Below, in pieces: positions 18,544 through 28,646 of a DNA stretch of 64,000 nt. A program made the translations under genes and the position numbers. Origin of the DNA: an uncultured Chloroflexia bacterium (GTDB lineage: Bacteria; Chloroflexota; Dormibacteria; Aeolococcales; Aeolococcaceae); contig CAWDLK010000001.1 in assembly GCA_963803165.1 (NCBI GenBank), positions 184,723-248,722 of the forward strand, written 5' to 3'. Under the pieces are notes generated by a model. It made no database searches and was not told the DNA's origin. It was given only the letters and a program-made list of their open reading frames with translations. The stretch's first letter is position 1, and each line of letters starts with the position of its first letter.

Positions 18544-21207
18544 ATGAGGCGTCCTCGGCTGACGCTGTCCCTATTCAACCCGCAGCGGCGCCTGCGCGAC
18601 CGGATCCTCGTCGCCATGCTCGTCGTCGCCCTGGTGCCGGCCGGAGCGTTCTTCGCGCTGACCGCGATCAGCCTCAACGGCATCACCCGGCAGACCGTCG
18701 AGAGCGCCGAGACGAGCATCACCGACAACCAGGAGCACACGTTCCAGGCCGCGCTCTCGGCGACCGCCACCACGGATATCGAACAGGTCCTGAAGTCCGC
18801 CCGCGAGCAGGTCCAGGGCGTGGCCGCCAAGGTGACCGGCGGCACCGCCTCCGCCTCCCCCTCACCCTCCGCCTCCACGTCGGCCAGCGCCTCGGCCAGG
18901 CCGGCGCCCTCCTCGGCCTCCGGGCCGGAGACCGCGGGGAGCGGGGGCGAACCCCTCGCGGTGATTGCCGAGACCGACGGCGTGTCGGAGATCGACACCG
19001 GCACCTCGGTCCCGGAGTCCGATGCCACGCTGCTGGTCGGTGCGGCCCCGGCGGGGAACACCCAGGGGGTCCTGGCCCGAGCCGCCCCGCTCTTCGATCT
19101 CAGCTCGCTCGCCGCCGGGCCCCTGGCGAGCGCCGCCGTCAAGGTCGGCAGCCTGGTCGACGAGGTGTGGATCATGGACCCGGCCGACAACGCCGTCTGG
19201 ATCAGCCCGGGCCTGGGCGTCCTGCCCGCCCAGAGCCAGCTGGCCGGAAACCCCCAGGGCGCCGCCCGGACCCTGCTCACCCTCCTCGACACAGCCTCCT
19301 CGTCCTCGCCGGCGTCGGTCCCGTCGGGCCCCGCCGACGTGTGGACGGCCCCGTACCACAACTATCTCCACGGCGGCAACTGGGAGGTGACCGTCTCCGA
19401 GCTGGCCGGCAGCGGCCTGCTGGTGGGCGCCGACGTGCCGCTGACCCAGTTCGCCCCGCTGATCACCCAGGCTCCGGCGCAGCCCGACTCCTACCCTCTG
19501 CTCCTCAGCAACGCCAACCAGGTGATCGCGGCTGGGTCCACCGGCAAGCAGTTTCGGGCCGCGCCACAGCTCGGCGCGACGCTTCCGGCACCGGCCGGCA
19601 AGACGGCCGGCGGGCTGCTCAGCGCTCTCAGCCAGGCTGAGTTCAACCCGCCGCAGAGGCCGATCGAGGCCACCGTGGCCGGGGTGGACCGCCTCTTCTT
19701 CGTGGCGCCGGTCGCCGATCCCTCGTGGATCCTCGTCGACTCGGCCCCGCAGAAGGACTTCCAGCCTGCCGTCGGACCCCTCCAGCAGGGCATCGACACG
19801 GCGCTGACCAACATCTTCCGGAGTGCCATCCCGATCGTCGCGGCCCTGCTGCTGATCTCCTTCCTGCTGGCCACGGGTGCCTCCCGCTTCGTCGTCGCCC
19901 CGGTGCGGGCGCTCACCAAGTCGGCCGAGCGCCTGGCCGAGGGGCGCACCGACGAGCCGGTGCCGCCCCAGGGGCACGACGAGGTCGGGGACCTCGCCAA
20001 CTCGCTGGAGCGAATGCGGCGGGAGATCAACGCCTCGCGCGAGGTGATCCTCGCCGCCAGCCGCGAGCTGGAGCAGAAGGTCACCATCCGCACCGCCGAG
20101 CTCAGCGCCCGCAACGAGGAGCTGCTGGCGCTCAACGAGCTGGCCGGCTCGCTGACCCGCTCGCTGGACCCGGAGGCCATCCTGAGCGGCGCGCTCGAAG
20201 CCGTCCGGGCCGTCCTCCCGACCACGGCGGGCCGCGGCTACCGGCTCGGCCGCGACGGCGTGCTCGCCCCCAGCCGGGTGGAGCCGGGCGAGCCCAACCC
20301 CCGCCTCGACGAGATCGCCACCGCCGCCATCGGGGACAACCACCTGATCACCCGCCCCGACGGCGACGGGGTCCTCATCGGTCTGCCGATGGGGACCGGG
20401 GCGGGACCGCTCGGCGCCCTCGGCCTGCGCGCCACGGTGACGCCGGGGGTCCAGATGATGGCCCTGCTGGTGGCGGTCGGCAACCAGGTCGGTCTTGCCC
20501 TCAGCACCGCCCGCCTCTCCGAGGAGGGTCGGGAGATGGCCGTCCTGGAGGAGCGGGCCCGGCTCGCCCGTGAGATCCACGACACGCTGGCCCAGCAGCT
20601 CACCGGCATCGTCATCCAGCTCGAGGCCGCCCAGGCGCTGGTGAATCGCGATCCCGATCGCTCCCTGCCCGCCCTCGCGCTCGCCCAGGAGCTGGCGCGG
20701 TCGGCGCTGGCCGAGGCACGGCGATCGGTCTGGGACCTCCGCCCGCCTCCCCTCTCCTCGACCGGGCTGGTCGGGGCGGCCGAGGCTGAGATCGAGCGCT
20801 TCCGGCACCGGACCGGGATCGCGGCGAGGCTCCGGGCCGAGCACATGTCGCCACCGCCAGCCCTCCGGCCCCAGTCGGAGGTCACACTGCTCCGCATCAC
20901 CCAGCAGGCGCTCGCCAACATCGCCGCCCACAGCGGCGCTTCCCGGGTCACCGTGCGCCTGCGCAACCTCGGCGATCAGGTGGAGCTGACGGTGCGTGAC
21001 AACGGGCAGGGCTTCGACACCTCGGCGCTCCCCCTCGGCTCGTTCGGGATCGTGGGCATGGCGGAGAGGGCCCGGATCGCCGGGGGCAGCTTCGGGGTCA
21101 AGAGCGTCGCCGGTCGCGGCACCACCATCACGGTGCTGCTCCCGGTCACCGGCGAGGCCGCGGCGGACGCCGACGGCTCCGCGACGAAGACGGCGGTGCC
21201 GGTGTGA
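18544..21207 (+). CDS. Membrane sensor histidine kinase (extracellular sensor, HAMP, GAF-like, HisKA_3, HATPase)
   Basis: Two TMs, DEVGDLA HAMP, ERARLAREIHDTLAQ, QALANIAAHS, DNGQGF, GIVGMAER; TATACT at 18502-18507. Confidence 0.92.
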   Translation: MRRPRLTLSLFNPQRRLRDRILVAMLVVALVPAGAFFALTAISLNGITRQTVESAETSITDNQEHTFQAALSATATTDIEQVLKSAREQVQGVAAKVTGGTASASPSPSASTSASASARPAPSSASGPETAGSGGEPLAVIAETDGVSEIDTGTSVPESDATLLVGAAPAGNTQGVLARAAPLFDLSSLAAGPLASAAVKVGSLVDEVWIMDPADNAVWISPGLGVLPAQSQLAGNPQGAARTLLTLLDTASSSSPASVPSGPADVWTAPYHNYLHGGNWEVTVSELAGSGLLVGADVPLTQFAPLITQAPAQPDSYPLLLSNANQVIAAGSTGKQFRAAPQLGATLPAPAGKTAGGLLSALSQAEFNPPQRPIEATVAGVDRLFFVAPVADPSWILVDSAPQKDFQPAVGPLQQGIDTALTNIFRSAIPIVAALLLISFLLATGASRFVVAPVRALTKSAERLAEGRTDEPVPPQGHDEVGDLANSLERMRREINASREVILAASRELEQKVTIRTAELSARNEELLALNELAGSLTRSLDPEAILSGALEAVRAVLPTTAGRGYRLGRDGVLAPSRVEPGEPNPRLDEIATAAIGDNHLITRPDGDGVLIGLPMGTGAGPLGALGLRATVTPGVQMMALLVAVGNQVGLALSTARLSEEGREMAVLEERARLAREIHDTLAQQLTGIVIQLEAAQALVNRDPDRSLPALALAQELARSALAEARRSVWDLRPPPLSSTGLVGAAEAEIERFRHRTGIAARLRAEHMSPPPALRPQSEVTLLRITQQALANIAAHSGASRVTVRLRNLGDQVELTVRDNGQGFDTSALPLGSFGIVGMAERARIAGGSFGVKSVAGRGTTITVLLPVTGEAAADADGSATKTAVPV

Positions 21208-21803
21208 TCCGGGTCCTCGTCGCCGACGACCACCCGGTGGTGCTCCACGGCCTCTGCACCATGCTCGAGGTGGAGGACGACATCCGGGTCGTGGCCCGGG
21301 CCACGGATGGGGCCGAGGCCATCGAGCGGGCGCGGGAGACCCACCCCGACATCATCCTGATGGACGTCCAGATGCCCAACGTCGACGGCATCGAGGCGAT
21401 CCGCCGCATCCGGGCCGACGAGCCCGAGGCCAAGGTGATCGTGCTCACCACCTACCGCAACGAGGACTACATCTTCCCCTCGCTGCAGGCGGGGGCGCGC
21501 GGCTACCTGCTCAAGGATGCGAGCCTCGAGGAGCTGGCCAGCGCCATCCGAGCCGTCGCCGCCGGTGAGTCCCTGCTCGACCCGGCGCTGATGTCGAGCC
21601 ACCGGCCCGAGTACAACCTGACCAACCGCGAGCTGGACGTGCTCCGCCTGATGGCGGAGCACTGCAACAACGCCCAGATCGGGAAGCGTCTGTTCGTCAG
21701 CGAGAACACGGTGAAGACCCACGTGAGCAACATCTTCGCCAAGCTCGGCTGCAGCGATCGCGCCGCCGCCGTGCTGATCGCCTGGAAGGCGCACCTGATC
21801 TGA
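21204..21803 (+). CDS. NarL/LuxR family response regulator
   Basis: VLVADDH, DIILMDVQMP, GYLLK, LTNRELDVL...TVKTHVSNI. Confidence 0.95.
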   Translation: MIRVLVADDHPVVLHGLCTMLEVEDDIRVVARATDGAEAIERARETHPDIILMDVQMPNVDGIEAIRRIRADEPEAKVIVLTTYRNEDYIFPSLQAGARGYLLKDASLEELASAIRAVAAGESLLDPALMSSHRPEYNLTNRELDVLRLMAEHCNNAQIGKRLFVSENTVKTHVSNIFAKLGCSDRAAAVLIAWKAHLI

Positions 21804-21818
21804 TCGCGCGCCGGGCCC

Positions 21819-23741
21819 TCACCCGGCGCAGCGCAACGGGTGGGAGAGGGCGTCGCCGGCATCGGGCGGGACGCCCGCCGGCGTCCCCAACTCCACGGCC
21901 GTGGCGATGAGGAGCGCCATCGCCTCCGACCCGACCGGTCCGGGGTGGACCCCGTCGCCGGAGAGGTCCCCCCACATGAAGTACTCCGGGTGCCCGGTGC
22001 TGGCGGTGTACCAGTCCGCGATCGTCGTGCCGGGCACGGCGGCCGCGACCTGATCGAGCTCCTGGTTGATGAGCGTCGGCCAGTCGGGATGGCCCGGGTC
22101 CTGACCGGCGTTGACCAGCACCACCTGCTGCAGCTTCAGCGAGCGGAGCAGCGCGGCGACCTGACCCGGGTCCCAGCCCGGGCCGTTGCTGCCCAGCTCG
22201 ATGACGAGGCGCGGATAGAGCTGGCCGGCGGCGCTCAGCTGGGCCAGGACGCTGGGCAGCGCCGCCATCTGCCGTGAGACCTGACCGGTGATGTAGGCGT
22301 AGGGCATGAGCTGGTGAAGGTCGGGAGCGACGTCGATCATGATCGAGTCCCCGACGACGGTCACCGGGATCGGGCTGGGCGCGGGCGGCGTGCCAGCGGC
22401 GGCCGGCGACGGGGGGGGCGGACCGCACGGCGAGAGGAGTGCCGCGGCGGTGGAGGTGGACGAGGGGATCGCCTGCGATGGGGTCTCCACCACCCTGGAG
22501 GGCAGTGCCGCGAGGCTGGCCTTGGGCGCGGCGACGACCACCCCGGAGAGCCCGATGCCCGAGGCCGCGAGCAGCAGGCCGGCCGCCCCGGCCCCGGCCC
22601 AGAGGCCGAGCGGGACGCCCCTCCGCGACCACCGCGGCGCGGTCAGGAAGGAGACGACGCCCCGGAACCCGTGCCTGCGGATGGGGTCCTCGACGAAGCG
22701 CCAGGAGAGCGCGGCCACCCCCACCGTGGCCCCCACCTGGAGCAGGCCGAGAAGGGGACCGGGGGTGCTGTCGACCGGGGTGGTGAGCACGATGATCGGG
22801 TAGTGCCAGAGGTAGATGGCGTAGGAGCGCACCCCGATCCAGCGGAGCGGGGCCACGCCGAGGGCCCGGTTGAGCAGCGTCGAGGGGTGGACCAGCGCGA
22901 CCACCACCGCTGCCGTCGCCAGCGAGAGGACCGCCATCCCCCCTCGGTACAGGCAGGCCTCGTACTCGTTGGTGCCGACCACCATGGCGAGGATCACGAG
23001 CAGGCCCACTGCGCCCAGGACGTCCACGCCTCGGCGCCGGAGCGTCGAGATGGGCGCGGTGAGCCGCCGGCTCGGCAGCGCGACCGCGAGGGCGGCGCCG
23101 ACGAGCAGTTGGAATGCGCGGGTGTCGGTCCCCTCGTAGACCCGCGTCGGATCGCTGCCGGGCTGGAACATGGAGGCCATCGCCCAGGCGGACGCGACCG
23201 CACCCACGACCAGGAGGCCGATCAGGACCTCGCGCCGGCGCACGAAGCGCACCGCGAGAAGGAGGGCCAGGGGCCAGAGCAGGTAGAACTGCTCCTCGAC
23301 CGCGAGCGACCAGAGGTGGCCGAGCGGCGACGGCGCTCCGAAGCTGGCGAAGTAGGAGACGTGCTGGAACGCGTACCACCAGTTGCTGAAGTAGAGGAGC
23401 GCGGCCAGCAGGGCCCCGCGGAACCCGGCCAGCTGCGCGGGGTCGAGGAACGCGACCCAGAGGGTGACAACCACCAGCATCACCCACAGCGCGGGCAGCA
23501 GGCGCCGGGCGCGCCGCAGCCAGAACCGGCCGAGAGCGATGGCCCCGGTGCGCTCGTGCTCGGCCAGCAGCAGGTCGGTGATGAGGTATCCGGAGAGGAC
23601 GAAGAACACGCCGACTCCGAGCAGCCCGCCCGACGCCCACCCGAAGTTGAGGTGGTAGAGGACGACCACGAGCACCGCCACCGCCCGGAGGCCGTCGAGG
23701 CCGGGCATGTAGCGTGCTTCCCCCTCCACCGGACGTGGCAT
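21819..23741 (-). CDS. OatA-like acyltransferase (acyltransferase-3 + SGNH domain)
   Basis: LDGLRAVAV, FFVLSGYLIT, RRARRLLP, HLWSLAVEEQFY; C-terminal GDS, GSNG, DGVH. Confidence 0.92.
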   Translation of the reverse strand: MPRPVEGEARYMPGLDGLRAVAVLVVVLYHLNFGWASGGLLGVGVFFVLSGYLITDLLLAEHERTGAIALGRFWLRRARRLLPALWVMLVVVTLWVAFLDPAQLAGFRGALLAALLYFSNWWYAFQHVSYFASFGAPSPLGHLWSLAVEEQFYLLWPLALLLAVRFVRRREVLIGLLVVGAVASAWAMASMFQPGSDPTRVYEGTDTRAFQLLVGAALAVALPSRRLTAPISTLRRRGVDVLGAVGLLVILAMVVGTNEYEACLYRGGMAVLSLATAAVVVALVHPSTLLNRALGVAPLRWIGVRSYAIYLWHYPIIVLTTPVDSTPGPLLGLLQVGATVGVAALSWRFVEDPIRRHGFRGVVSFLTAPRWSRRGVPLGLWAGAGAAGLLLAASGIGLSGVVVAAPKASLAALPSRVVETPSQAIPSSTSTAAALLSPCGPPPPSPAAAGTPPAPSPIPVTVVGDSIMIDVAPDLHQLMPYAYITGQVSRQMAALPSVLAQLSAAGQLYPRLVIELGSNGPGWDPGQVAALLRSLKLQQVVLVNAGQDPGHPDWPTLINQELDQVAAAVPGTTIADWYTASTGHPEYFMWGDLSGDGVHPGPVGSEAMALLIATAVELGTPAGVPPDAGDALSHPLRCAG

Positions 23742-23881
23742 GGAAGCCTTCCTCAACCCCGAGCCACCGGCGCGCCCGAGCTCCGTGAGCTCCGCCCACC
23801 CGGCGGCCGCCCCATCCTACCCCGGCCGTGCCGAGCATCCGCCGGGAACGCCCGGGGTCGCGCCAGCGGCGGGCTTGCCGG

Positions 23882-24733
23882 TCAGAAGATGACGGTCGCG
23901 AACTCGGTGACCTCGCGGAAGCCGAGGCGGCGGTAGAGCCCCAGGGCCGGCTCGTTGTAGGAGTTCACGTACAGGGAGCAGATCGGCGTCTCCCGGAGTA
24001 GCTCGGCGCAGACGGCGGCCATCGCGGCCGTGGCGATGCCGCGGCGGCGATGCCGCGGGTCGGTCCACACCCCCTGCATCTGGACGACCTCGGGGGTCCA
24101 GGCCGAGAGCTCGACCTTGAAGGCGATCTCGTCCCCCTCCATGAGGACGTAGGACCATCCCCGGTCGATCAGGGTGGACATCCGGTGCCTCCAGCCGGGC
24201 GCGTCGAAGGTCAGGGGGTCCACTCCCATCTCCTCCCGGTGCATCGCCGCGGAGGCGACGGTGAGCCGGTCCAGGTCCTCACGCCGGCCCCGGCGGATGG
24301 GCGCACCCCCCATCCCCTGTGGGGGTTCGTCGAGAACCATCACGGGCTGAGGATCGCGGACGTCGGTCGGTCTCCGGCGCGAGCTGAGGGAGGCGGTCAG
24401 GGCCCGCGCCGTCGGGGCCGGACCGATGATCAGTCGCGGGACCGGCTGCCAGCGGAGCACCTCGGCGAGCGCCGGCACGTCGTCGGGATCGGGGATCCAC
24501 GGGACCACCAGCGGACCGGCCATCAGCGCCGCGCGGAGCGCTCCCCCGCTCCCCAACCCCCACCAGCCGTCGAGGGGCGCTCCGAGGCGCAGCTCGCTGC
24601 GCAGGAAGACGTTGGCCACCGGATCCTGGTCGAGAAGCGCGGTGAGCGAGGGACGGAGGTCGGGGCCGATGCGGCGCACCTCGGCCCGTCGGCGGACGGC
24701 CGACCGACCCCTGCCCCGCAATCCCAGCTTCAT
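23882..24733 (-). CDS. GNAT family acetyltransferase (DUF4081-like N-terminus)
   Basis: [50 protein letters not shown]. Confidence 0.85.
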   Translation of the reverse strand: MKLGLRGRGRSAVRRRAEVRRIGPDLRPSLTALLDQDPVANVFLRSELRLGAPLDGWWGLGSGGALRAALMAGPLVVPWIPDPDDVPALAEVLRWQPVPRLIIGPAPTARALTASLSSRRRPTDVRDPQPVMVLDEPPQGMGGAPIRRGRREDLDRLTVASAAMHREEMGVDPLTFDAPGWRHRMSTLIDRGWSYVLMEGDEIAFKVELSAWTPEVVQMQGVWTDPRHRRRGIATAAMAAVCAELLRETPICSLYVNSYNEPALGLYRRLGFREVTEFATVIF

Positions 24734-24749
24734 CGGCGAGAATCCCCGC

Positions 24750-25775
24750 ATGCTGATCCTCATGAGCCACCAGGCCACCCGCGACGAGGTGGAGAACGTG
24801 ATCCGCCACGTCCGGGATCGAGGGTACCGCCCCATCGAGCTCCCCGGCACCGACCGGCTGGCGATCGGCGTGCTGGGCAGCAACCCGGCTCAGATCCGGG
24901 ACGCGGTGGTCGCCCTCCCCGGGGTGGTCGCCGCGGTTCCGGTCAGCAAGCCCTACAAGCAGGTCGGCAGGGAGTGGCATCCGGAGCCCACCGTGGTGGA
25001 GGTCGGCGGCGTGCGCATCGGAGAGGGCGCGCCGCTCGCGGTCGCCGCAGGCCCCTGCGCCGTCGAGTCCGAGGCTCAGCTCCTGGAGACCGCGCGTGCG
25101 GTCCGGGCGGCGGGTGCCACCCTGCTCCGCGGCGGCGCCTACAAGCCGCGGACCTCCCCGTATTCCTTCCGCGGTCTGGGGGCCGTCGGGCTCGAGTACC
25201 TGGCCGAGGCGCGGGCCGAGACTGGCCTGCCGATCGTCACCGAGGTGCTGAGCCCCGGCGACGTCGAACGCGTCGCCGCGGTCGCCGACATGCTCCAGGT
25301 GGGCGCGCGCAACTCCCAGAACTTCGCCCTGCTCGAGGCGGTGGGGGAGGCGGGCAAACCGGTCCTGCTCAAACGCGGGCTCTCCAGCACCATCGAGGAG
25401 TGGCTGCTCAGCGCCGAGCACGTGGTCAGCCACGGCAACCCTGACGTGGTGCTCTGCGAGCGCGGGATACGCACCTTCGAGACCGCGACCCGGAACACGC
25501 TCGACCTGAGCGCCGTGCCGCTGATCCGCTCGCTCTCGCATCTGCCGGTGGTCGTCGACCCCTCGCACGCCACCGGCCTTCGGGACCTGGTACGGCCAAT
25601 GGCCCTCGCCGCGGTGGCCGCCGGGACGGACGGTCTCCTCGTGGAGGTCCATCCCCATCCGGACGACGCCCTGTCGGATGGCGCTCAGTCGCTCACGCTC
25701 GGCCAGTTCGACGCGCTCATGAACGACGTGCGCCATCTCCGCGAAGCCCTCAGCACGGTGGCGGAGCCGGCGTAG
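24750..25775 (+). CDS. aroF: 3-deoxy-7-phosphoheptulonate (DAHP) synthase, class I-beta with N-terminal regulatory domain
   Basis: [46 protein letters not shown]. Confidence 0.95.
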   Translation: MLILMSHQATRDEVENVIRHVRDRGYRPIELPGTDRLAIGVLGSNPAQIRDAVVALPGVVAAVPVSKPYKQVGREWHPEPTVVEVGGVRIGEGAPLAVAAGPCAVESEAQLLETARAVRAAGATLLRGGAYKPRTSPYSFRGLGAVGLEYLAEARAETGLPIVTEVLSPGDVERVAAVADMLQVGARNSQNFALLEAVGEAGKPVLLKRGLSSTIEEWLLSAEHVVSHGNPDVVLCERGIRTFETATRNTLDLSAVPLIRSLSHLPVVVDPSHATGLRDLVRPMALAAVAAGTDGLLVEVHPHPDDALSDGAQSLTLGQFDALMNDVRHLREALSTVAEPA

Positions 25776-25811
25776 CATGTCGTCCATGCGATCGCCTCGC
25801 GGGGCGCGCTG

Positions 25812-26687
25812 ATGCCGCTGTTTCGTCGCGGCGACCGGGGGACCGGCCCTCCGGCGAGGGCCGCTCCACCAGGCCCGGTTCCCGCCATGCCGGCGATGCC
25901 CCCCGCAGCCGCTCCCGCCCCGGGCGCCGCTCCCTCACCGCCCGACCAGCAGCCGGCCGTCCCGCCGCCGGGGGCGTTCGACCCGCGCACCCTCACCCCG
26001 CTCGAGTACGCACCCACCCCCGGACCCGCGGTCGCCCGTTTCCCCGCCACCGAGGGGAACCTCCCGTGCCGCGCCCGCGGCTGCCCCAACCAGAACGGCG
26101 TCCTCTGTCATTACATCGACCGCCGCGGCCGGCGTTGTGGCACCGCCTGGTGTCCCCATCACTGGGCGACCGTGGGCGGGATCGTGTACTGCCGGCGGCA
26201 CGCCGGCACCATCGCGGCGATCGGGTACTTCGACCATCCCGCCGGGATGCCGGATGTCGACAACCGGGCCCCGTCGCTCGTCAACTGGGTGGCTCGCGAC
26301 CTCGACGCCTTCGTGGCGGCGACGCTGGTCCAGTGCGCAACCCCCGGCGAGACCTTCGTCAGGGAACCGGTGGTCTCCACCCACGCCGACCGGAGCGGCG
26401 GGCGCCGCTACGAGCGCGGCTGGAAGCTGGTCGACCACACCGGCCTCCGTTTGGTGGTGGGCGTCTACGTGCTGGAGAGCGAGGAGACGACCATCCGGGT
26501 GAGGGTCGGCTCCGGGGTGGTGGCCGAGGGCGTGCCGCCATGGGTCGAACGCCACCGGCGCGGGATCCAGGTCAGCGAGGGGACCGACCGCAGCCAGCGC
26601 GCCCTCTTCTATGCGTTCCTGCAGAAGCACATCGTCGCCGCCGTACGCGCCAACCGCAGCGTCGACCAGGAGCTTCAGCAGCGCTGA
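25812..26687 (+). CDS. Hypothetical protein, Pro-rich N-terminus and Cys/His cluster
   Basis: CRARGC...CHY...C..AWCPHH...YCRRH; host-like codon usage. Confidence 0.7.
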   Translation: MPLFRRGDRGTGPPARAAPPGPVPAMPAMPPAAAPAPGAAPSPPDQQPAVPPPGAFDPRTLTPLEYAPTPGPAVARFPATEGNLPCRARGCPNQNGVLCHYIDRRGRRCGTAWCPHHWATVGGIVYCRRHAGTIAAIGYFDHPAGMPDVDNRAPSLVNWVARDLDAFVAATLVQCATPGETFVREPVVSTHADRSGGRRYERGWKLVDHTGLRLVVGVYVLESEETTIRVRVGSGVVAEGVPPWVERHRRGIQVSEGTDRSQRALFYAFLQKHIVAAVRANRSVDQELQQR

Positions 26688-26708
26688 CGCGCGCCGCCGG
26701 GGCCGGCC

Positions 26709-27914
26709 TCAGGCGACCGGCTCGGAGACGAGCGACGACGCGCCCACGAAATCCAGGAGCTGGGCCAGGAGCTCGGCCCCCGGCACCGTGCCGCCGCGGC
26801 TCGTGCCGCCGCTCAGCCGCCGGACCAGCCGGTCGACGACCTCCAGAGCGCCCGGGGCGTCGAGATCATCGTCCAGCCGGTCCAGGAACTCGTCGCGCCA
26901 GCCCGCCGCCTCCGAGATCTCAAGCGCCGTCCCCGCGCCGGCGGCGAGCGCGAAGAGCCGGCGGCGCGCCTCCGCGGCGTCGAGCTCCCGATCGGTGTAC
27001 TCCCAGGCGGAGCGATGATGGTGGGCGGCGAGCAGCAGACGCACCGTGGCCGGGGGCACCCGCTCCAGGAGCTGGCGGACGAACACCAGGTTGCCGAGCG
27101 ACTTGCTCATCTTCTCGCCCTGGTAGCCGACCATGGCGACGTGGGCCCAGAGGGTGACGTAGGGTGAGATGCTGACCCCCGCGGCCTGGGCGATCTCCGA
27201 CTCGTGATGGGGGAACACCAGGTCATCCCCTCCGCCATGCACGTCGATGGGGGTGGCCAGCTCCTGGGTGGAGAGCACCGAGCACTCGATGTGCCAGCCG
27301 GGCCGGCCGGCCCCCCAGGGCGAGGGCCAGCTCGGCTCGCCGCTCCGCGACGGCTGCCAGAGCACGAAGTCGAGCGGCGCGCGCTTGCGAGGGTCGTCCG
27401 GATCGGCGCCTCGCTCCCGGGACAGCCGCAGCATCTCCTCGGTGCCCAACCCGGAGAGGCGCCCGTAGGCGGGCAGCCGGGAGACCTCGAAGTAGACCCA
27501 CCCCTCGACCGCGTAGGCGAAGCCGGACCCGACGAGCCGCGAGATCCAGTCAACCATGGCTGGAACGTGATGGCTCGCCCGAGGTGCCGCCTCCACGGGG
27601 AGGATGTGGATGGCAGCCATGTCCCGATCGAAGTCGGCGATCACCTGCTCGGCCAGCTCGCGCCAGCCGACGCCGCGCGCCGCCGACACCCGCATCATGT
27701 CGTCGTCGACGTCGGTCACGTTGCGAACGCTGGTGACCCGGTGGCCGAGGCTGCGCAGCCGGCGGGTCAGGAGGTCGAAGGTGTGATAGGTGAAGGCGTG
27801 GCCGAGATGCCCGCCGTCGTAGGGGGTGATGCCGCAGACGTAGATGCCGACCCCGCCCCCTCCCGCTTGCAGGGGCCGGACCGACCGGCTGGCGGTGTCG
27901 AAGAGGCGGATCAC
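26709..27914 (-). CDS. MshC-like cysteine ligase (CysRS catalytic domain without anticodon-binding domain)
   Basis: YVCGITPYD, HLGH, NVTDVDD, GRPGWHIEC, DLVFPHHE, KMSKSLGN; about 401 aa; GTG 6 nt after TATGCT. Confidence 0.85.
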   Translation of the reverse strand: MIRLFDTASRSVRPLQAGGGGVGIYVCGITPYDGGHLGHAFTYHTFDLLTRRLRSLGHRVTSVRNVTDVDDDMMRVSAARGVGWRELAEQVIADFDRDMAAIHILPVEAAPRASHHVPAMVDWISRLVGSGFAYAVEGWVYFEVSRLPAYGRLSGLGTEEMLRLSRERGADPDDPRKRAPLDFVLWQPSRSGEPSWPSPWGAGRPGWHIECSVLSTQELATPIDVHGGGDDLVFPHHESEIAQAAGVSISPYVTLWAHVAMVGYQGEKMSKSLGNLVFVRQLLERVPPATVRLLLAAHHHRSAWEYTDRELDAAEARRRLFALAAGAGTALEISEAAGWRDEFLDRLDDDLDAPGALEVVDRLVRRLSGGTSRGGTVPGAELLAQLLDFVGASSLVSEPVA

Positions 27915-28021
27915 CGATTCAGCATAGCCGCCGATCGCCGGCGCCCCGCCATCCCTCGGGCACCCGGCCTCCGGGTTCCGCCGCCTCGCTCCGTTGCCGC
28001 TGCTAGACTCCGGGGTTCCGC

Positions 28022-28100
28022 GGCCCCGTGGTGTAGCCTGGCCTAACACGCCACCCTGTCAAGGTGGAGATCGTCGGTTCAAATCCGATCGGGGTCGCCA
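28022..28100 (+). tRNA. tRNA-Asp(GTC)
   Basis: Acceptor GGCCCCG/CGGGGTC, anticodon arm CCACC-CTGTCAA-GGTGG, GGTTCAAATCC, encoded CCA; TGC-TAGACT promoter upstream. Confidence 0.97.
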
Positions 28101-28118
28101 GCCGCGCTGGCGGCGTGC

Positions 28119-28646
28119 TCAGAGCCGGCGGGGCACGAGGAAGCGCGTGACCTCCCCGTCGCCGGGCCGGAGGCGAGACCAGCCGGCGATGGCGCAGCGC
28201 AGCGAGACCAGCGCTCCGGTGGGGAGGTGCTCGCGGAGCGGACCCGGCGCCCCGCCCCCCGCCAGCGTCAGCGCCAGGTCGTGGATCCCCGGGTTGTGCC
28301 CGATCAGCATCACCTCCGCGCACTCCGCCGGCAGCCGCCGGAGGCGCGCCATCAGCTCCCGCCCGCCCGCCCCGTAGAGGGCCTCCTCGACCAGGATCTC
28401 GGCCTGCCGCGGGAGTGCGGGCCGGATCAGCTCGAGGGTCTCCAGGGCCCGGCGGGCGGACGAGCAGAGGACCAGGCCGGGAGCCACCCCCTCGCGCCCC
28501 AGCGCATGGGCCAGCTTCCGCGCGGCACGCTCTCCCCGCGGGGCCAGCGGCCGGTCCCTGTCGCCCTGGCGCGGGTCGTCCCAGCTCGACTTGGCGTGCC
28601 GGAGCAGATGGAGGGTCAGCGTGCCGGCTTCCGGTGGGCGGGTCAC
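28119..28646 (-). CDS. sixA: SixA-like histidine phosphatase
   Basis: LLRHAKSSW, DRDRPL..RG, CSSARRALET, LIGHNPG. Confidence 0.9.
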   Translation of the reverse strand: MTRPPEAGTLTLHLLRHAKSSWDDPRQGDRDRPLAPRGERAARKLAHALGREGVAPGLVLCSSARRALETLELIRPALPRQAEILVEEALYGAGGRELMARLRRLPAECAEVMLIGHNPGIHDLALTLAGGGAPGPLREHLPTGALVSLRCAIAGWSRLRPGDGEVTRFLVPRRL

